From Phycisphaerae bacterium (GTDB lineage Bacteria > Planctomycetota > Phycisphaerae > UBA1845 > Fen-1342): a DNA stretch of 64,000 nt. The position numbers were made by a program, and so were the translations under genes. The notes beneath the pieces are model-generated. The model worked only from the letters and a program-made list of their open reading frames with translations, ran no database searches and had not been told where the DNA came from. Numbering within the stretch: position 1 is the first letter of the stretch; the number at the start of each line of letters is the position of its first letter. The stretch covers positions 58,097-122,096 of the forward strand of contig CAXXWX010000017.1 of NCBI GenBank assembly GCA_963675745.2, written 5' to 3'. Shown in pieces: positions 1 to 9,535 of the stretch.

Positions 1-1
1 C

Positions 2-259
2 GATGGGAACTTCAACTGCATAGACCGGATCGCAACCCGCCACGGCCTCAGGATCGGTGCCGACGGGGTTTCCGAGGGGCGTTCGACCATGGCGTTTCTT
101 GACGGTCACGTCGAAGCCCGCGTGTACCCGTCCAAGACGATGGGGCGCGAGTTGTTCGCTGAAATCGGCCAGCCGCCGTTCTGGCGCGCGGAGGGATCAC
201 CCGACCAGGCCAACATGTCCGCATTCATCAAGAGACTCCATGGCCCCCGGCCCTGGTGA
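2..259 (+). CDS. 3' end of a prepilin-type / H-X9-DG-domain (DUF1559-like) protein, partial at window edge
   Basis: Frame 2 is open from the window start to TGA 257-259 and reads ...IATRHGLRIGADGVSEGRSTMAFLDGHVE..., the RH...AFxDGHV motif of planctomycete H-X9-DG proteins with a longer spacer. Not in the ORF track. Confidence 0.6.
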   Translation, partial: DGNFNCIDRIATRHGLRIGADGVSEGRSTMAFLDGHVEARVYPSKTMGRELFAEIGQPPFWRAEGSPDQANMSAFIKRLHGPRPW

Positions 260-533
260 TTTGCGTACCACCTCCTGCGCTGCTTGTCTGCCGCCGCCAC
301 CGCGCCAGTGATGCGGTGACAGGCCCGCGCGTTAATGGCTGGTTACTCCTCTGCCCGGCAGTAGTCATGGACGTTTCCGAACCGGTACGGCACAAACCGA
401 AGTTGGTGTGCCACGCGAATCGTCTGTAAGAAACCGGCGTGATGCTCCGTCATTCTCTGTGAGGGTGTGATTCGCCTCTGGCCACTCGGGATTCCCGGCT
501 GAATCGCCCCGGCTGCTGACTCAGGGTGTTTGC

Positions 534-1103
534 ATGCAGCAAACCCAGGCCCACTGGATCGCGGAACTCGTGGAGCGATACGGCAGGATGGTGTTCGCCA
601 CTGCGTATCGCATTCTCGGGAACGCTGAGGACGCCGACGATGTGCTTCAGGAGGTCTTTCTGCGCCTTCTGCGGCGAGGTCGCGGCGGTCGGGGAAACCA
701 AGGCGTGCAGGACTGGGGCGCCTACCTGAGGGTGGTGGCGACGCGCTGCGCCATCGACGCCTTGCGCAGCCACGCGAAGTGGCGGACGGAGAGCCTGCAA
801 GCGGCCGACCTCGCGGTCGCCGATGACAGTGACCCGTCCCGGCTGGCGAGTCGGCGGCAGAAGGCGGACATGTTACGAAAGGCGTTGGGCCTCGTGCCTG
901 AACGCGATGCCCAGGTCTTCGCGCTCCGCTGCTTCGATGATCTGAGCTACGAGACGATCGCAGCGCAGATGAATCTCAGTGTCAGCCAGGTCGGAGTGAT
1001 CCTGCATCGGACGCGGAATTGGCTCCGGCGGATGTTCGATCCCCAAATGGATGGTGTCATCCCACGCGTTGAAAGAAGAGAACGAGATGTCGGCACATCC
1101 TGA
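534..1103 (+). CDS. ECF-type RNA polymerase sigma-70 factor
   Basis: Region 2 (AYRILGNAEDADDVLQEVFL, YLRVVATRCAIDALR) and region 4 (LSYETIAAQMNLSVSQVGVILHRTR); overlaps the downstream FecR gene. Confidence 0.93.
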   Translation: MQQTQAHWIAELVERYGRMVFATAYRILGNAEDADDVLQEVFLRLLRRGRGGRGNQGVQDWGAYLRVVATRCAIDALRSHAKWRTESLQAADLAVADDSDPSRLASRRQKADMLRKALGLVPERDAQVFALRCFDDLSYETIAAQMNLSVSQVGVILHRTRNWLRRMFDPQMDGVIPRVERRERDVGTS

Positions 1104-3696
1104 CGACGACAAACTCCTCCAGGGCATGATTGATGCGGCTCGCGCCGCCGTGCCCAGCGAAGCGCAGTGGCGCACGGCGCGCCGCAGGTTGATGGAGCAT
1201 ATCAAGCTCGACGAATCCGAGCGTAAATCACCCGATGGAACCGGAGACCGGACAGGCAGCGGGGCGCAGAGCTCATCGCGCCGGCGCTGGCCTCGTCGGG
1301 TCATCTGGGGCGGCGTCGGACTTGCCGCCGCCGCATCGATCCTCGCCATGCTGATCATGCCGCGCATTGGACACGAGCGACCTGCTGGTGTGTCTTCGTT
1401 GTCCCAGCCGTTCGGCCATGTCGCCGTCGCGCGCGGGGAGTGCGTCAGGATCAATGCAAGTGGCGGTTCGCGCGGCCTGAGTGTTGGCGAAGTCGTCGTG
1501 TTCGGGGATCAGCTTCAGGTGGGGCCACAAGGCGGCCTCTGTCTGCATCTGGAAGACTCGACGACTCTGTGGCTGGATTCTGGGGCGGAGCTGTTCTGTG
1601 TGGCTCCGCGAGCGGCGGAAACGGCGACGGTGCGGCTTGTGCGTGGCGAAATCCGCGCCGATGTCGCTCCCTCGGACGAATCCGCGTTCTCCATCGAGAC
1701 ACCTACGGCCACGCTGCGTGTACTGGGAACTCAATTCCACTGCCGTGTCCTACCGGCACTGGCACAAGAGAAGGATGAAACGATGAAGCGCTTGCGAAAC
1801 GCATTACAGAGGGCCATCACGGTCGTAACGGTCTTGTCGGGGGCGATTGCCGTTGAGGCGGGTGGTTCCGAGCAGATTCTGAAGGAAGGTCAGCGAGCGG
1901 CGATCATCGCCGGGACCGCGCTAAGCGCCGCCGAAACGGTGGACCGGCTTGACTATACCCGCAAGTGGCTGGGTGAGCCCGGCGGGCCTCAATCGGCGGA
2001 AATACTGATGTTTGTGCCGATACGTGCGCACTTGCTTCACGCTCTATGGGCGGTAAACGTGGAGAGCGGCGCTGCTCGGCATGTTTCCGATTTCGTCGGC
2101 GCGAGTCCGAGCGTCGTCCAACAACTCGGCCCCGACCTGGCGCTTATCAATGCGGGTAGCGTGCTGTTCGCCCACTTCGGGTTGCAGCCGGTTGGTCATG
2201 CGGGCCGACCTTTCGTGAAGAACCAGATCGCGCTGGTACACCTGGTGTCGGGCGAAAAGCTGCCGATGATTCCGCTCGAAGACTGCAATCCGCTGTACAC
2301 AGAGGTCTCGCCAGACCGGCGCCGGCTCGCATTCGTCGGCAGTCGCGATATCGGTTCCGCCGGTGAGCGCGAGTTCGGGCTCTATGTCCTTGATCTGGAG
2401 ACGTTTGAACTGACGCGCTTACTCGAAGGCGGACTCGTCACCTGTCCCCATTGGGCACCAGATTCACGCTGGTTGGCGATTTCCAGGAGCGCGGGATACG
2501 TATACGACCATCAGATTGTCCTGGTGGACACGTTCACCGGCGAGGTTGTGGAAACCGCATTCCAGGGAGCGGGCGTCCACTTCCCGCCGGACGGGCAACA
2601 TCTGATCTTCTCGGGAGAATTCGCACGGACAGGTCGCTGGTGCGCGGGTGTGCCGAGTGGCGGGAACCTGTTCCGCGCGGAATTGCCGGACGGCCCGGCG
2701 GAGCCGATCACGTTTCTGCCGAATGGCGGCGCCGTGCTGCCTCTGATTTCGCCCGACGGCGCGCGCGTGTCGTATTGGGAGATGTCAGACGCGAATCGCC
2801 TGCACGTGCTGGAGCTCGATACGTTCGAGGATCGCGTTGTATGGATGGCCGATTCCCCTTCGTCGGTGCGCTGGATCGACGGCGGCGGCAGCCTGGCCGT
2901 GATTCCGCCGTTGCAAGGGCGGCCCCAAGGGTGGCAGGAAGCGCTCCGGGATTTCCTGGGTGGGGATAACGAAAAAAGCGTAACACTCATCAGCGCTACG
3001 GCTGATGTTGCTCCACGGAGCATTCAATTGCACGAGCCGGCGCTGCCCGCGGATCAGAAGAGATCCGCATCGGCCGTGGCCGACCGCCTTCTCTCAGTGT
3101 TCAGCCTCTACCGCGCCGGGATCGATGCGCTGGACTTGCACCGGATCGAGACGGGCCAGCGGAAACTCCGGGATGCGAGTGCCCGGCTTTCGGACTTCAG
3201 CGCGACGGTTTGCCTTGCCGGGGCGGACGAACGCCCGTCGCAAGGCGGTGCGGAGCGAGGCACGCTGCTGGCTCAGTCTGATCTGCGCGCCTATGAGGAC
3301 GTCCTGGCCAGGCAAGCCGAGATGCCAGCGGCCGAGCGGATTGCCGAGATCGTGCGTAAGAACCTCTACAGCATTTCGTCACTGCTATCCTCTTACCATC
3401 GTGAGAATGGGGGATTCCCACCGAGTATCGAGCAGTTGGCCGAGTGGGCCGCGGGGGCGCGTTGGCAGATCGATCATATCCGCTCGGGCAGCGAGCAAGC
3501 CCGCCGCCTGTTCCTGATTCCGGGAGATGACGCCGACGTGATCACGACTTCGTTCCGCCTGATCGAAACCGGGCCGGAAGAAGGCCGCTGGGTTGTCCAG
3601 ACTCCGGTGCTGCCGGACGGGCGGCAATACGTCGGCACCTACCGCTACATTGCTGCAGACAGCCGCGTGGAAGTGGTATTGGGCGAAGCCAGATGA
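1087..3696 (+). CDS. FecR-domain anti-sigma membrane protein with TolB/PD40-like beta-propeller and C-terminal pilin-head-like domain
   Basis: ATG 1087 overlaps the sigma gene. TM segment VIWGGVGLAAAASILAMLIM; FecR motifs (LHLEDSTTLWLDSG, VRLVRGEI, FSIETPTATLRVLGTQF); SPD/WAPD/FPPDG/ISPDG repeats; C-terminal NLYSISSLLSSYHRENGGFPPSIEQL. Confidence 0.85.
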   Translation: MSAHPDDDKLLQGMIDAARAAVPSEAQWRTARRRLMEHIKLDESERKSPDGTGDRTGSGAQSSSRRRWPRRVIWGGVGLAAAASILAMLIMPRIGHERPAGVSSLSQPFGHVAVARGECVRINASGGSRGLSVGEVVVFGDQLQVGPQGGLCLHLEDSTTLWLDSGAELFCVAPRAAETATVRLVRGEIRADVAPSDESAFSIETPTATLRVLGTQFHCRVLPALAQEKDETMKRLRNALQRAITVVTVLSGAIAVEAGGSEQILKEGQRAAIIAGTALSAAETVDRLDYTRKWLGEPGGPQSAEILMFVPIRAHLLHALWAVNVESGAARHVSDFVGASPSVVQQLGPDLALINAGSVLFAHFGLQPVGHAGRPFVKNQIALVHLVSGEKLPMIPLEDCNPLYTEVSPDRRRLAFVGSRDIGSAGEREFGLYVLDLETFELTRLLEGGLVTCPHWAPDSRWLAISRSAGYVYDHQIVLVDTFTGEVVETAFQGAGVHFPPDGQHLIFSGEFARTGRWCAGVPSGGNLFRAELPDGPAEPITFLPNGGAVLPLISPDGARVSYWEMSDANRLHVLELDTFEDRVVWMADSPSSVRWIDGGGSLAVIPPLQGRPQGWQEALRDFLGGDNEKSVTLISATADVAPRSIQLHEPALPADQKRSASAVADRLLSVFSLYRAGIDALDLHRIETGQRKLRDASARLSDFSATVCLAGADERPSQGGAERGTLLAQSDLRAYEDVLARQAEMPAAERIAEIVRKNLYSISSLLSSYHRENGGFPPSIEQLAEWAAGARWQIDHIRSGSEQARRLFLIPGDDADVITTSFRLIETGPEEGRWVVQTPVLPDGRQYVGTYRYIAADSRVEVVLGEAR

Positions 3697-4003
3697 CCGC
3701 GCCGAATCGAGACCGGGAGAGACGCCGGCTCCGTACCGGCGAATCTCCCGGATGTCTGGCCTACTGAAGTCGCTCGTAGACAAATCCACCGGCGCAATCC
3801 AGCGCTAGACGTGACCCCATTAGCTGCCGGCACTTGGCGCCGCGATGCTGATGACGGGCCCATAGACCCGCAATCCGACAGCGTGTCCGGGGGCCATCCG
3901 CCAGAGGCGCCGGATTTTCCTGTAACCAAGCGGCCGGATTCCGTCAGGAATGGGTGTGCGACGCCCTCTCCGTGAGGTTGTGTTGCAGGAAAGGCGCTTC
4001 ACC

Positions 4004-5704
4004 ATGCTCACGCCCGATGCACAACATGCCGCGGTCACACACGACCGAGTCCCCTGGCTGGACAATCTGCGCGTTTGCATGGTCTTTCTGGTTGTCCTGC
4101 TCCATGCGGGAGGGGTCTACGAAAGCAGCGGCAGGTGGTCCTTGTTCTGGATCGTGGACGATCCCTCCACCAGCGGTTTGCTAAATTTGCTGATCGCGCT
4201 CCTCGGCGTCTTTGTTATGCCGCTCCTGTTCTTCGTTTCCGGTTACGTCACACCTCAGTCGCTGGCGACGAAGAGCGCCGTGGCCTTTCTGAAAGCCAGA
4301 TCCCGACGGTTGCTCATCCCGTGGCTTATCGCCGTCTTGACTGTGATTCCGCTCTACAAGCACATATTCCTCTTATCGCGCAACATTCCTCAGGAACACT
4401 GGACTGCGTACTTCCACTGGAACGCGCTTTGGGGGCAGAACTGGCTCTGGTTTCTTCCGGTGCTGTTTCTGTTTGACGTGCTGTATGTTCTTGCCATCAT
4501 AGCACGAGTGGTGCCCGCGCGCATTCCGTTCAGGAGTGCCGTTGCCGTGATCTTCCTGGCCGGATGGGCCTACAGCACCTGTATGGATTTGTGCGGCCTC
4601 CGCGGCTGGACACACACGCTCATACTCGACTTCCAGAATGAGCGGCTGCTCATCTACTTCATGGTATTCATGCTGGGTGCGGCGTATTCCCGACGACAGG
4701 CGTACGCTGTCACGTCCCCGAGCAAGGCATGGTATGCCACGCTGGCGGTGGCGGCATGCGGGACCATGGCGCTCTACTACTTGTTGTACAGCCAGCCTGC
4801 GGCTACGACAGGCACTCACGCACTTCCGCCGGTTGCTGATGCGCTGCTGTTGTGGCTTGCGTTCCATGTATCACTATATTGCACGATGTACCTCATCGTG
4901 ACTACATTTCAGACTTGTCTGAACACACACGGCCCGCTCAGCAGGATATTGAGTGCCAATTCCTACCATGTGTACATCATCCACACGATAGTTCTGGGCG
5001 GCATTGCGACAACTCTTCTCGGTACAAAGGTGCCTGCATTGTGGAAATGCGCCATTGTCACATTAGCAACATATGTGACGTGTAATCTGATCGCAACTGG
5101 TTTGAGGGGGTTATTTCAGGTGCGGCCATTCGCAAACAGAACGGAGGTGCGGACAATGAAAGCTATTACATGGGCATCGTTGATGATCGCGGTGACTTGG
5201 GTTCACGGTTGCGGCAAGCCGCAGGAGACGCCGCAAACAACGGTCGCTCCGCTTGTGAACATTCACGTGGCGGCCCTTCAGGGGCACATTGACGCCGTCC
5301 GGCAGCACATTGATGCCGGGACGAACCTGGATGAGAAAGACGAATATGGTTCCACCCCTCTGATCATTGCGGCGACGTTTGGCAAGACTGACGTGGCAAG
5401 GGCACTCGTGGACGCCGGGGCCGACACGGGAATGACAAACAACGACGGCTCAACAGCGCTTCACATAAGCGCGTTCCTGTGTCGCACGGAGATCGTGGAG
5501 ATGTTGCTCGCCGACGGCGCCGCTAGCAGCGCGAGGAATGCCGCGGGGAAAACGGCGCTGGATATTGTTGCGGGTCCGTTCGAGGATGTCAGGGGCATAT
5601 ACGATCAATTGGGCAAGGGGCTCAAACCTCTGGGGCTCCGATTGGACTACGACCGGCTCAAGAGAACACGTCCCCGGATTGCCCGGATGTTGCGGGGCGC
5701 TTAG
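4004..5704 (+). CDS. Acyltransferase-3 (OpgC/MdoC-like) membrane protein fused to an ankyrin-repeat domain
   Basis: RVPWLDNLRV, FVMPLLFFVSGY, WLWFLPVLF, SANSYHVYIIH and about 10 TM helices; C-terminal ankyrin repeats (GSTPLIIAA, GSTALHISA, GKTALDIV); AGGAAAGG before ATG 4004. Confidence 0.88.
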   Translation: MLTPDAQHAAVTHDRVPWLDNLRVCMVFLVVLLHAGGVYESSGRWSLFWIVDDPSTSGLLNLLIALLGVFVMPLLFFVSGYVTPQSLATKSAVAFLKARSRRLLIPWLIAVLTVIPLYKHIFLLSRNIPQEHWTAYFHWNALWGQNWLWFLPVLFLFDVLYVLAIIARVVPARIPFRSAVAVIFLAGWAYSTCMDLCGLRGWTHTLILDFQNERLLIYFMVFMLGAAYSRRQAYAVTSPSKAWYATLAVAACGTMALYYLLYSQPAATTGTHALPPVADALLLWLAFHVSLYCTMYLIVTTFQTCLNTHGPLSRILSANSYHVYIIHTIVLGGIATTLLGTKVPALWKCAIVTLATYVTCNLIATGLRGLFQVRPFANRTEVRTMKAITWASLMIAVTWVHGCGKPQETPQTTVAPLVNIHVAALQGHIDAVRQHIDAGTNLDEKDEYGSTPLIIAATFGKTDVARALVDAGADTGMTNNDGSTALHISAFLCRTEIVEMLLADGAASSARNAAGKTALDIVAGPFEDVRGIYDQLGKGLKPLGLRLDYDRLKRTRPRIARMLRGA

Positions 5705-5867
5705 CAGCGTGGTCAAGGCAAACGCGCGGCGTCGACTCAAGGCAACGTCGGACGCCGCGCCGGGCTAAGCCGCCGGCGTCCTGCGCGGCCTGGTCTGTAA
5801 GTAATGGGCGCTGGACATCCGACGTCACCTTGCGCAGTTGCTCGGATATCCACTCCGGTAGCACCCA

Positions 5868-6818
5868 TCAGTAATAAACCGTCCGTGTCCGGTGATGCTC
5901 GACGGCGACATCAGCATCGTGCGAGTGTTGCCATAAATGGAAATCGATCTTCCACGCCGGCACGGTTCCGTCGTATGCGCGGCGAATCAGCTCGGCAGCC
6001 TGGATCGTGGCGGCGCGCAGCTCGACCTCTTCGGGCGAGCCGGCCACTATCTCGCTCCTGCGGTTGATTCGCTGCTCGAATTCAGACGCCAACTCCAAGA
6101 TCCCCACGTGGCGCAGGTACTGCGGCAGGCGATAGTCGGCAAACGCCGTCAGCTCGTTCATCCCGGTCAGACAGTCCATGCCGTTTCGCCGCCACGTTCG
6201 ATGGATGTCCGCAGCGCAGATTTGCGCGCGTTTCAGGAATGCCACCAGAGCGTCGTCGTGCATCGCCACATCGTGGAACGATGGAAAGTGCTCGGCCAAC
6301 AGGTAGGCGACCGCGCGGGCGCTTCCGCCTGCCTGCTCGACGACCTGTGCCATGCGCCCGCCGAACTGCGCCTGAAGTACCGCGCCGGTCTCGTTCAGAA
6401 CCTGTCGGCGCTCGCCGAGGAGGGGAATCCGGCCCTCACCTCGAAACACCTCCGTTACCTCGGATTCGCTGGCGTTCATCCAACGCTGCGACGACAGCCA
6501 TGAGTCATCTGCCTCGACGGCGCGCAGGATCGAGGCGAACATCGCGTAGGTGCGCGTCCACGTATGGCCGCGGAATTCCACACTCCACGGTTGCTCTGAC
6601 CAGAAACAGAAGTTGAGGCTGTTAAGCAGCAGGCAGAGATTGGCGCTGGCGTCACGATTCCCCTGGAACTCCAGCGCGGGCGGATGCGCGGGCGACGGGA
6701 AATCATCCGCCGTGCGACGTGCCGCCCACTTTCTCGCCGCATGCGTGTTGATTCGCACGTACCGGGCGCGCTCGAGCACGGCGGCGGTGGACTCCAGTAC
6801 ATCGGGGATCTTCTTCAT
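5868..6818 (-). CDS. Queuosine salvage protein (Q_salvage / DUF2419, Qng1-like queuosine-5'-phosphate N-glycosylase)
   Basis: LNFCFW, FPSFHD, FLKRAQI, LTAFADYRLPQYLR, EEVELRAA and C-terminal HHRTRTVYY are family hallmarks. Start could be up to 6872. Confidence 0.9.
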   Translation of the reverse strand: MKKIPDVLESTAAVLERARYVRINTHAARKWAARRTADDFPSPAHPPALEFQGNRDASANLCLLLNSLNFCFWSEQPWSVEFRGHTWTRTYAMFASILRAVEADDSWLSSQRWMNASESEVTEVFRGEGRIPLLGERRQVLNETGAVLQAQFGGRMAQVVEQAGGSARAVAYLLAEHFPSFHDVAMHDDALVAFLKRAQICAADIHRTWRRNGMDCLTGMNELTAFADYRLPQYLRHVGILELASEFEQRINRRSEIVAGSPEEVELRAATIQAAELIRRAYDGTVPAWKIDFHLWQHSHDADVAVEHHRTRTVYY

Positions 6819-6931
6819 GAGCAGGTCCACAGAGGCTGTGCGCCGCGGATTCAAAGCCGTGCTTCGAAGCACGCTGTCAGGCCATTTATCCCGTTAAGCG
6901 TGTTGTAGTGCAACATCCCGATACGCACCGC

Positions 6932-7717
6932 TCAAGAACGCTTGGCCCGTAGATGCGTCTCCAGCGACTCCGCGAGTATACGAATCGTGTCCTCGGACAG
7001 CTTGGGCGGTTCGCGACCGATGATCTTCAGGAACGCTTCGTCGTTGAGAACCCACACCTCGGGGTCACGGGCCGTCCGTTCGACCCACCAACCTGGGAAG
7101 ACCACGACAGCCCGTCCAGTTGGACGCTCTTTGAGGAACTTCGCCAGCACGCCGCAAACATGGTCACGGTTGGCCCGGGCTTGTGCGATAGGGTCGCGGT
7201 CCGGCGCGTGCCCATTCACAAACACTCGCCGTCCATCGTACGTGATCGTCGCCCGACCCCGAGCTGGCTTGCTGCGGGTCTTCGTCTCTATGACGAACAG
7301 GCCGGCGGGACCGATGAGCACGTGATCGACATTGAAACCGTTGCCGGGCAGGTCGTGGAACACGTGGTAGCCGAGGGCTCGCAGCGTCTCCAACTGCTGG
7401 CCCACCGCGCTCTCGCCACGTATGCCGAGTCTGAGATTGTTGGCCGTTCTCCGTGCCCCGGGCAACCGAATAGCCAGGATAATGGCGAGGATCGCCGCAA
7501 TGACCGTCGTGATGATGGGGTGGGGTGGCTTGGCTGAGAGGAACATGATCCACTGTCCGATTGCGATGGCCGCACACACCACACAGGCAAGCAGCCACCG
7601 TTCGACCTCTTGCTCGAACACGCCGCTGAGCTGATCATGCGTGGAATCGCCGGGTTGGGCCAGCGGCTGCCGCTTGAGGGGATCACGTTTCGCCGAGGGT
7701 TGCGGATTCACTTGCAT
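6932..7717 (-). CDS. NERD (nuclease-related domain) protein with two N-terminal TM helices
   Basis: GIRGESAVGQQL, VFHDLP, NVDHVLIGPAGLFVIETK, DPIAQARAN. Start taken at MQVNPQ. Confidence 0.85.
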   Translation of the reverse strand: MQVNPQPSAKRDPLKRQPLAQPGDSTHDQLSGVFEQEVERWLLACVVCAAIAIGQWIMFLSAKPPHPIITTVIAAILAIILAIRLPGARRTANNLRLGIRGESAVGQQLETLRALGYHVFHDLPGNGFNVDHVLIGPAGLFVIETKTRSKPARGRATITYDGRRVFVNGHAPDRDPIAQARANRDHVCGVLAKFLKERPTGRAVVVFPGWWVERTARDPEVWVLNDEAFLKIIGREPPKLSEDTIRILAESLETHLRAKRS

Positions 7718-7993
7718 TGATGATGCCCCGATTAGAGTCGTTGAGCCACCCGATTGGTTCGACAACAGTTGTGCCATAAGCCCCCTATCCGGGCGCCCGG
7801 CCAGATGAGCTGCCGCCAGGTAAATGCGCGCCGATAGCATATCTGACAAAACGGCGACTGGCCACTCGGCGAGTACGCCCGAGCGCGACGCCGTACGGTG
7901 CAGCGTCGCCGACTCGCGACGAGCGGCGTCATCCCCACGCTTGCCAATGGAAAGTGGAGCTACTCGAATGCCGGAGCGCGCGGCGCGTGACGC

Positions 7994-8023
7994 TTGCCAT
8001 CTCCAATGCCGGCAGATTAGCAT
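7994..8023 (+). promoter_or_regulatory. Putative sigma70 promoter; downstream oxidoreductase possibly leaderless
   Basis: TTGCCA (7994-7999), 18 nt, TAGCAT (8018-8023), 8 nt before ATG 8032, with no SD sequence. Confidence 0.4.
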
Positions 8024-8031
8024 CGGCTGGT

Positions 8032-9021
8032 ATGGACGCGGGCAGACCTGTTCAGTTTGGCATCATTGGCGCGGGGCGCATTGCCAGGAACGCCTTCGCG
8101 CCGGCACTTGCCGCGGCCGGCAACGCGGCGTTGTCGGCCGCCGCCAGTCGTGACCTCGATCGCGCGCAGGCCCTTTGCCCCGGCCGCGCCTACGACGATT
8201 ACGAATCCCTGCTCAACGAAGCCGCTGTCGAAGCCGTTTACATCGCTACGCACAACGGCCTGCACTGCCAGCTCGCCATCCGCGCTATGGAGCGCGGCAA
8301 ACACGTGCTCTGCGAAAAGCCCATGGCGTGTAACGCTACGGAATGCGCACGGATGATCGCCGCGGCGCGCACGCACCGCCGGCACCTGGTCGAGGCCTTC
8401 ATGTACCGCTACCACCCGTGCATGGCCCAGGCACGGTCGCTGCTGGAGAACGGTACGATTGGTGATCTCAAAACAATCCACGCCTCCTTTAGCTTTCTGC
8501 TCGACAATCCGGGCGACGTACGCCTCAAAGAATCGTGGGGCGGCGGCGCTGTGCTTGATGTGGGGTGCTACTGCGTCAATGCCTGCCGGTATCTCTTTGG
8601 GGCCATGCCCACCGCCGTGACCGCCATGGCGGCCTCTCACCCCGCGCATCATGTGGACATGGCGCTTCACGGCATCCTGGATTTCGACGGCGGTCGCTAT
8701 GGCATTGTCTCCTGCGGCTTCGACGGCGGCGTGCGCAACCAGATTGTCGCCTGCGGGACAAGCGGAACACTGACGTTTCCCTGCGGCTTCGACACCAACC
8801 AGAAACCCGTCAGGCTGCTCATCAGTTCTGCCGGCGTAGATCAGGAATTGGCGTTCGAGCCGGTGGATCTTTACAAGGCTGAGATCGAGGACTTCGCCCG
8901 AGCCGTGCGTGGCTCTGCGCCGCTGCTTGACGCTGAGGAGGGATTGCGGAATGCTCGCGTGATCGATGCACTGCTCGAATCGGCTCGCCAGAAAGGGGCG
9001 CGGGTCGCCGTGTCGCGATGA
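8032..9021 (+). CDS. Gfo/Idh/MocA family oxidoreductase
   Basis: FGIIGAGRIA, AVYIATHNGLH, GKHVLCEKP, EAFMYRYHP, GGGAVLDVGCY. Confidence 0.93.
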   Translation: MDAGRPVQFGIIGAGRIARNAFAPALAAAGNAALSAAASRDLDRAQALCPGRAYDDYESLLNEAAVEAVYIATHNGLHCQLAIRAMERGKHVLCEKPMACNATECARMIAAARTHRRHLVEAFMYRYHPCMAQARSLLENGTIGDLKTIHASFSFLLDNPGDVRLKESWGGGAVLDVGCYCVNACRYLFGAMPTAVTAMAASHPAHHVDMALHGILDFDGGRYGIVSCGFDGGVRNQIVACGTSGTLTFPCGFDTNQKPVRLLISSAGVDQELAFEPVDLYKAEIEDFARAVRGSAPLLDAEEGLRNARVIDALLESARQKGARVAVSR

Positions 9022-9448
9022 TCATCGCGGCGCAGCGTGAGATGCGGGGTCGATCGTCGCGTCTGTCGTCGACGTTGATCGAAGAGCCGCTCGGGCAGGT
9101 ATTGACGTCATGCCCAGGGACAGTGGTTGCCGACCGTGGCCACCGTTGTCGGTGGGGGCTGCCGCGGCGAGAGTCGGCTTTGCCACCCGCATGGCGAGTC
9201 CGGCTCGAGGATCTTCCCAGGTACTGATTCCTTGGCGTTTCCCGCCCGATCGGATAGTGTAGAACCAGCGCCGTGCGGTATTTGGGGGAATGCGCCGGTG
9301 ATCGTCTCGGCGGATTTGCCGTGTCCGTTGACCTGGACGCGACGTGGCGCCACGGTCAACGGCTCGCCCCGGTGCCACAGCTCTCGATGTGGGACGCGCG
9401 ACGGCACAGGGCGGAGTCAGTGGCACTGGTCAAGGCCGCGGCGTGTAT

Positions 9449-9535
9449 GGAGAGGTGTCCGAGCGGCTTAAGGAGCCGGTCTTGAAAACCGGTGATAGGG
9501 CAACCTATCCGCGGGTTCGAATCCCGCCCTCTCCG
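9449..9535 (+). tRNA. tRNA-Ser (anticodon TGA), CCA not encoded
   Basis: Acceptor GGAGAGG/CCTCTCC plus discriminator G; anticodon arm CCGGT-CTTGAAA-ACCGG; long variable arm GATAGG-GCAA-CCTATC; T arm GCGGG-TTCGAAT-CCCGC. Confidence 0.97.
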
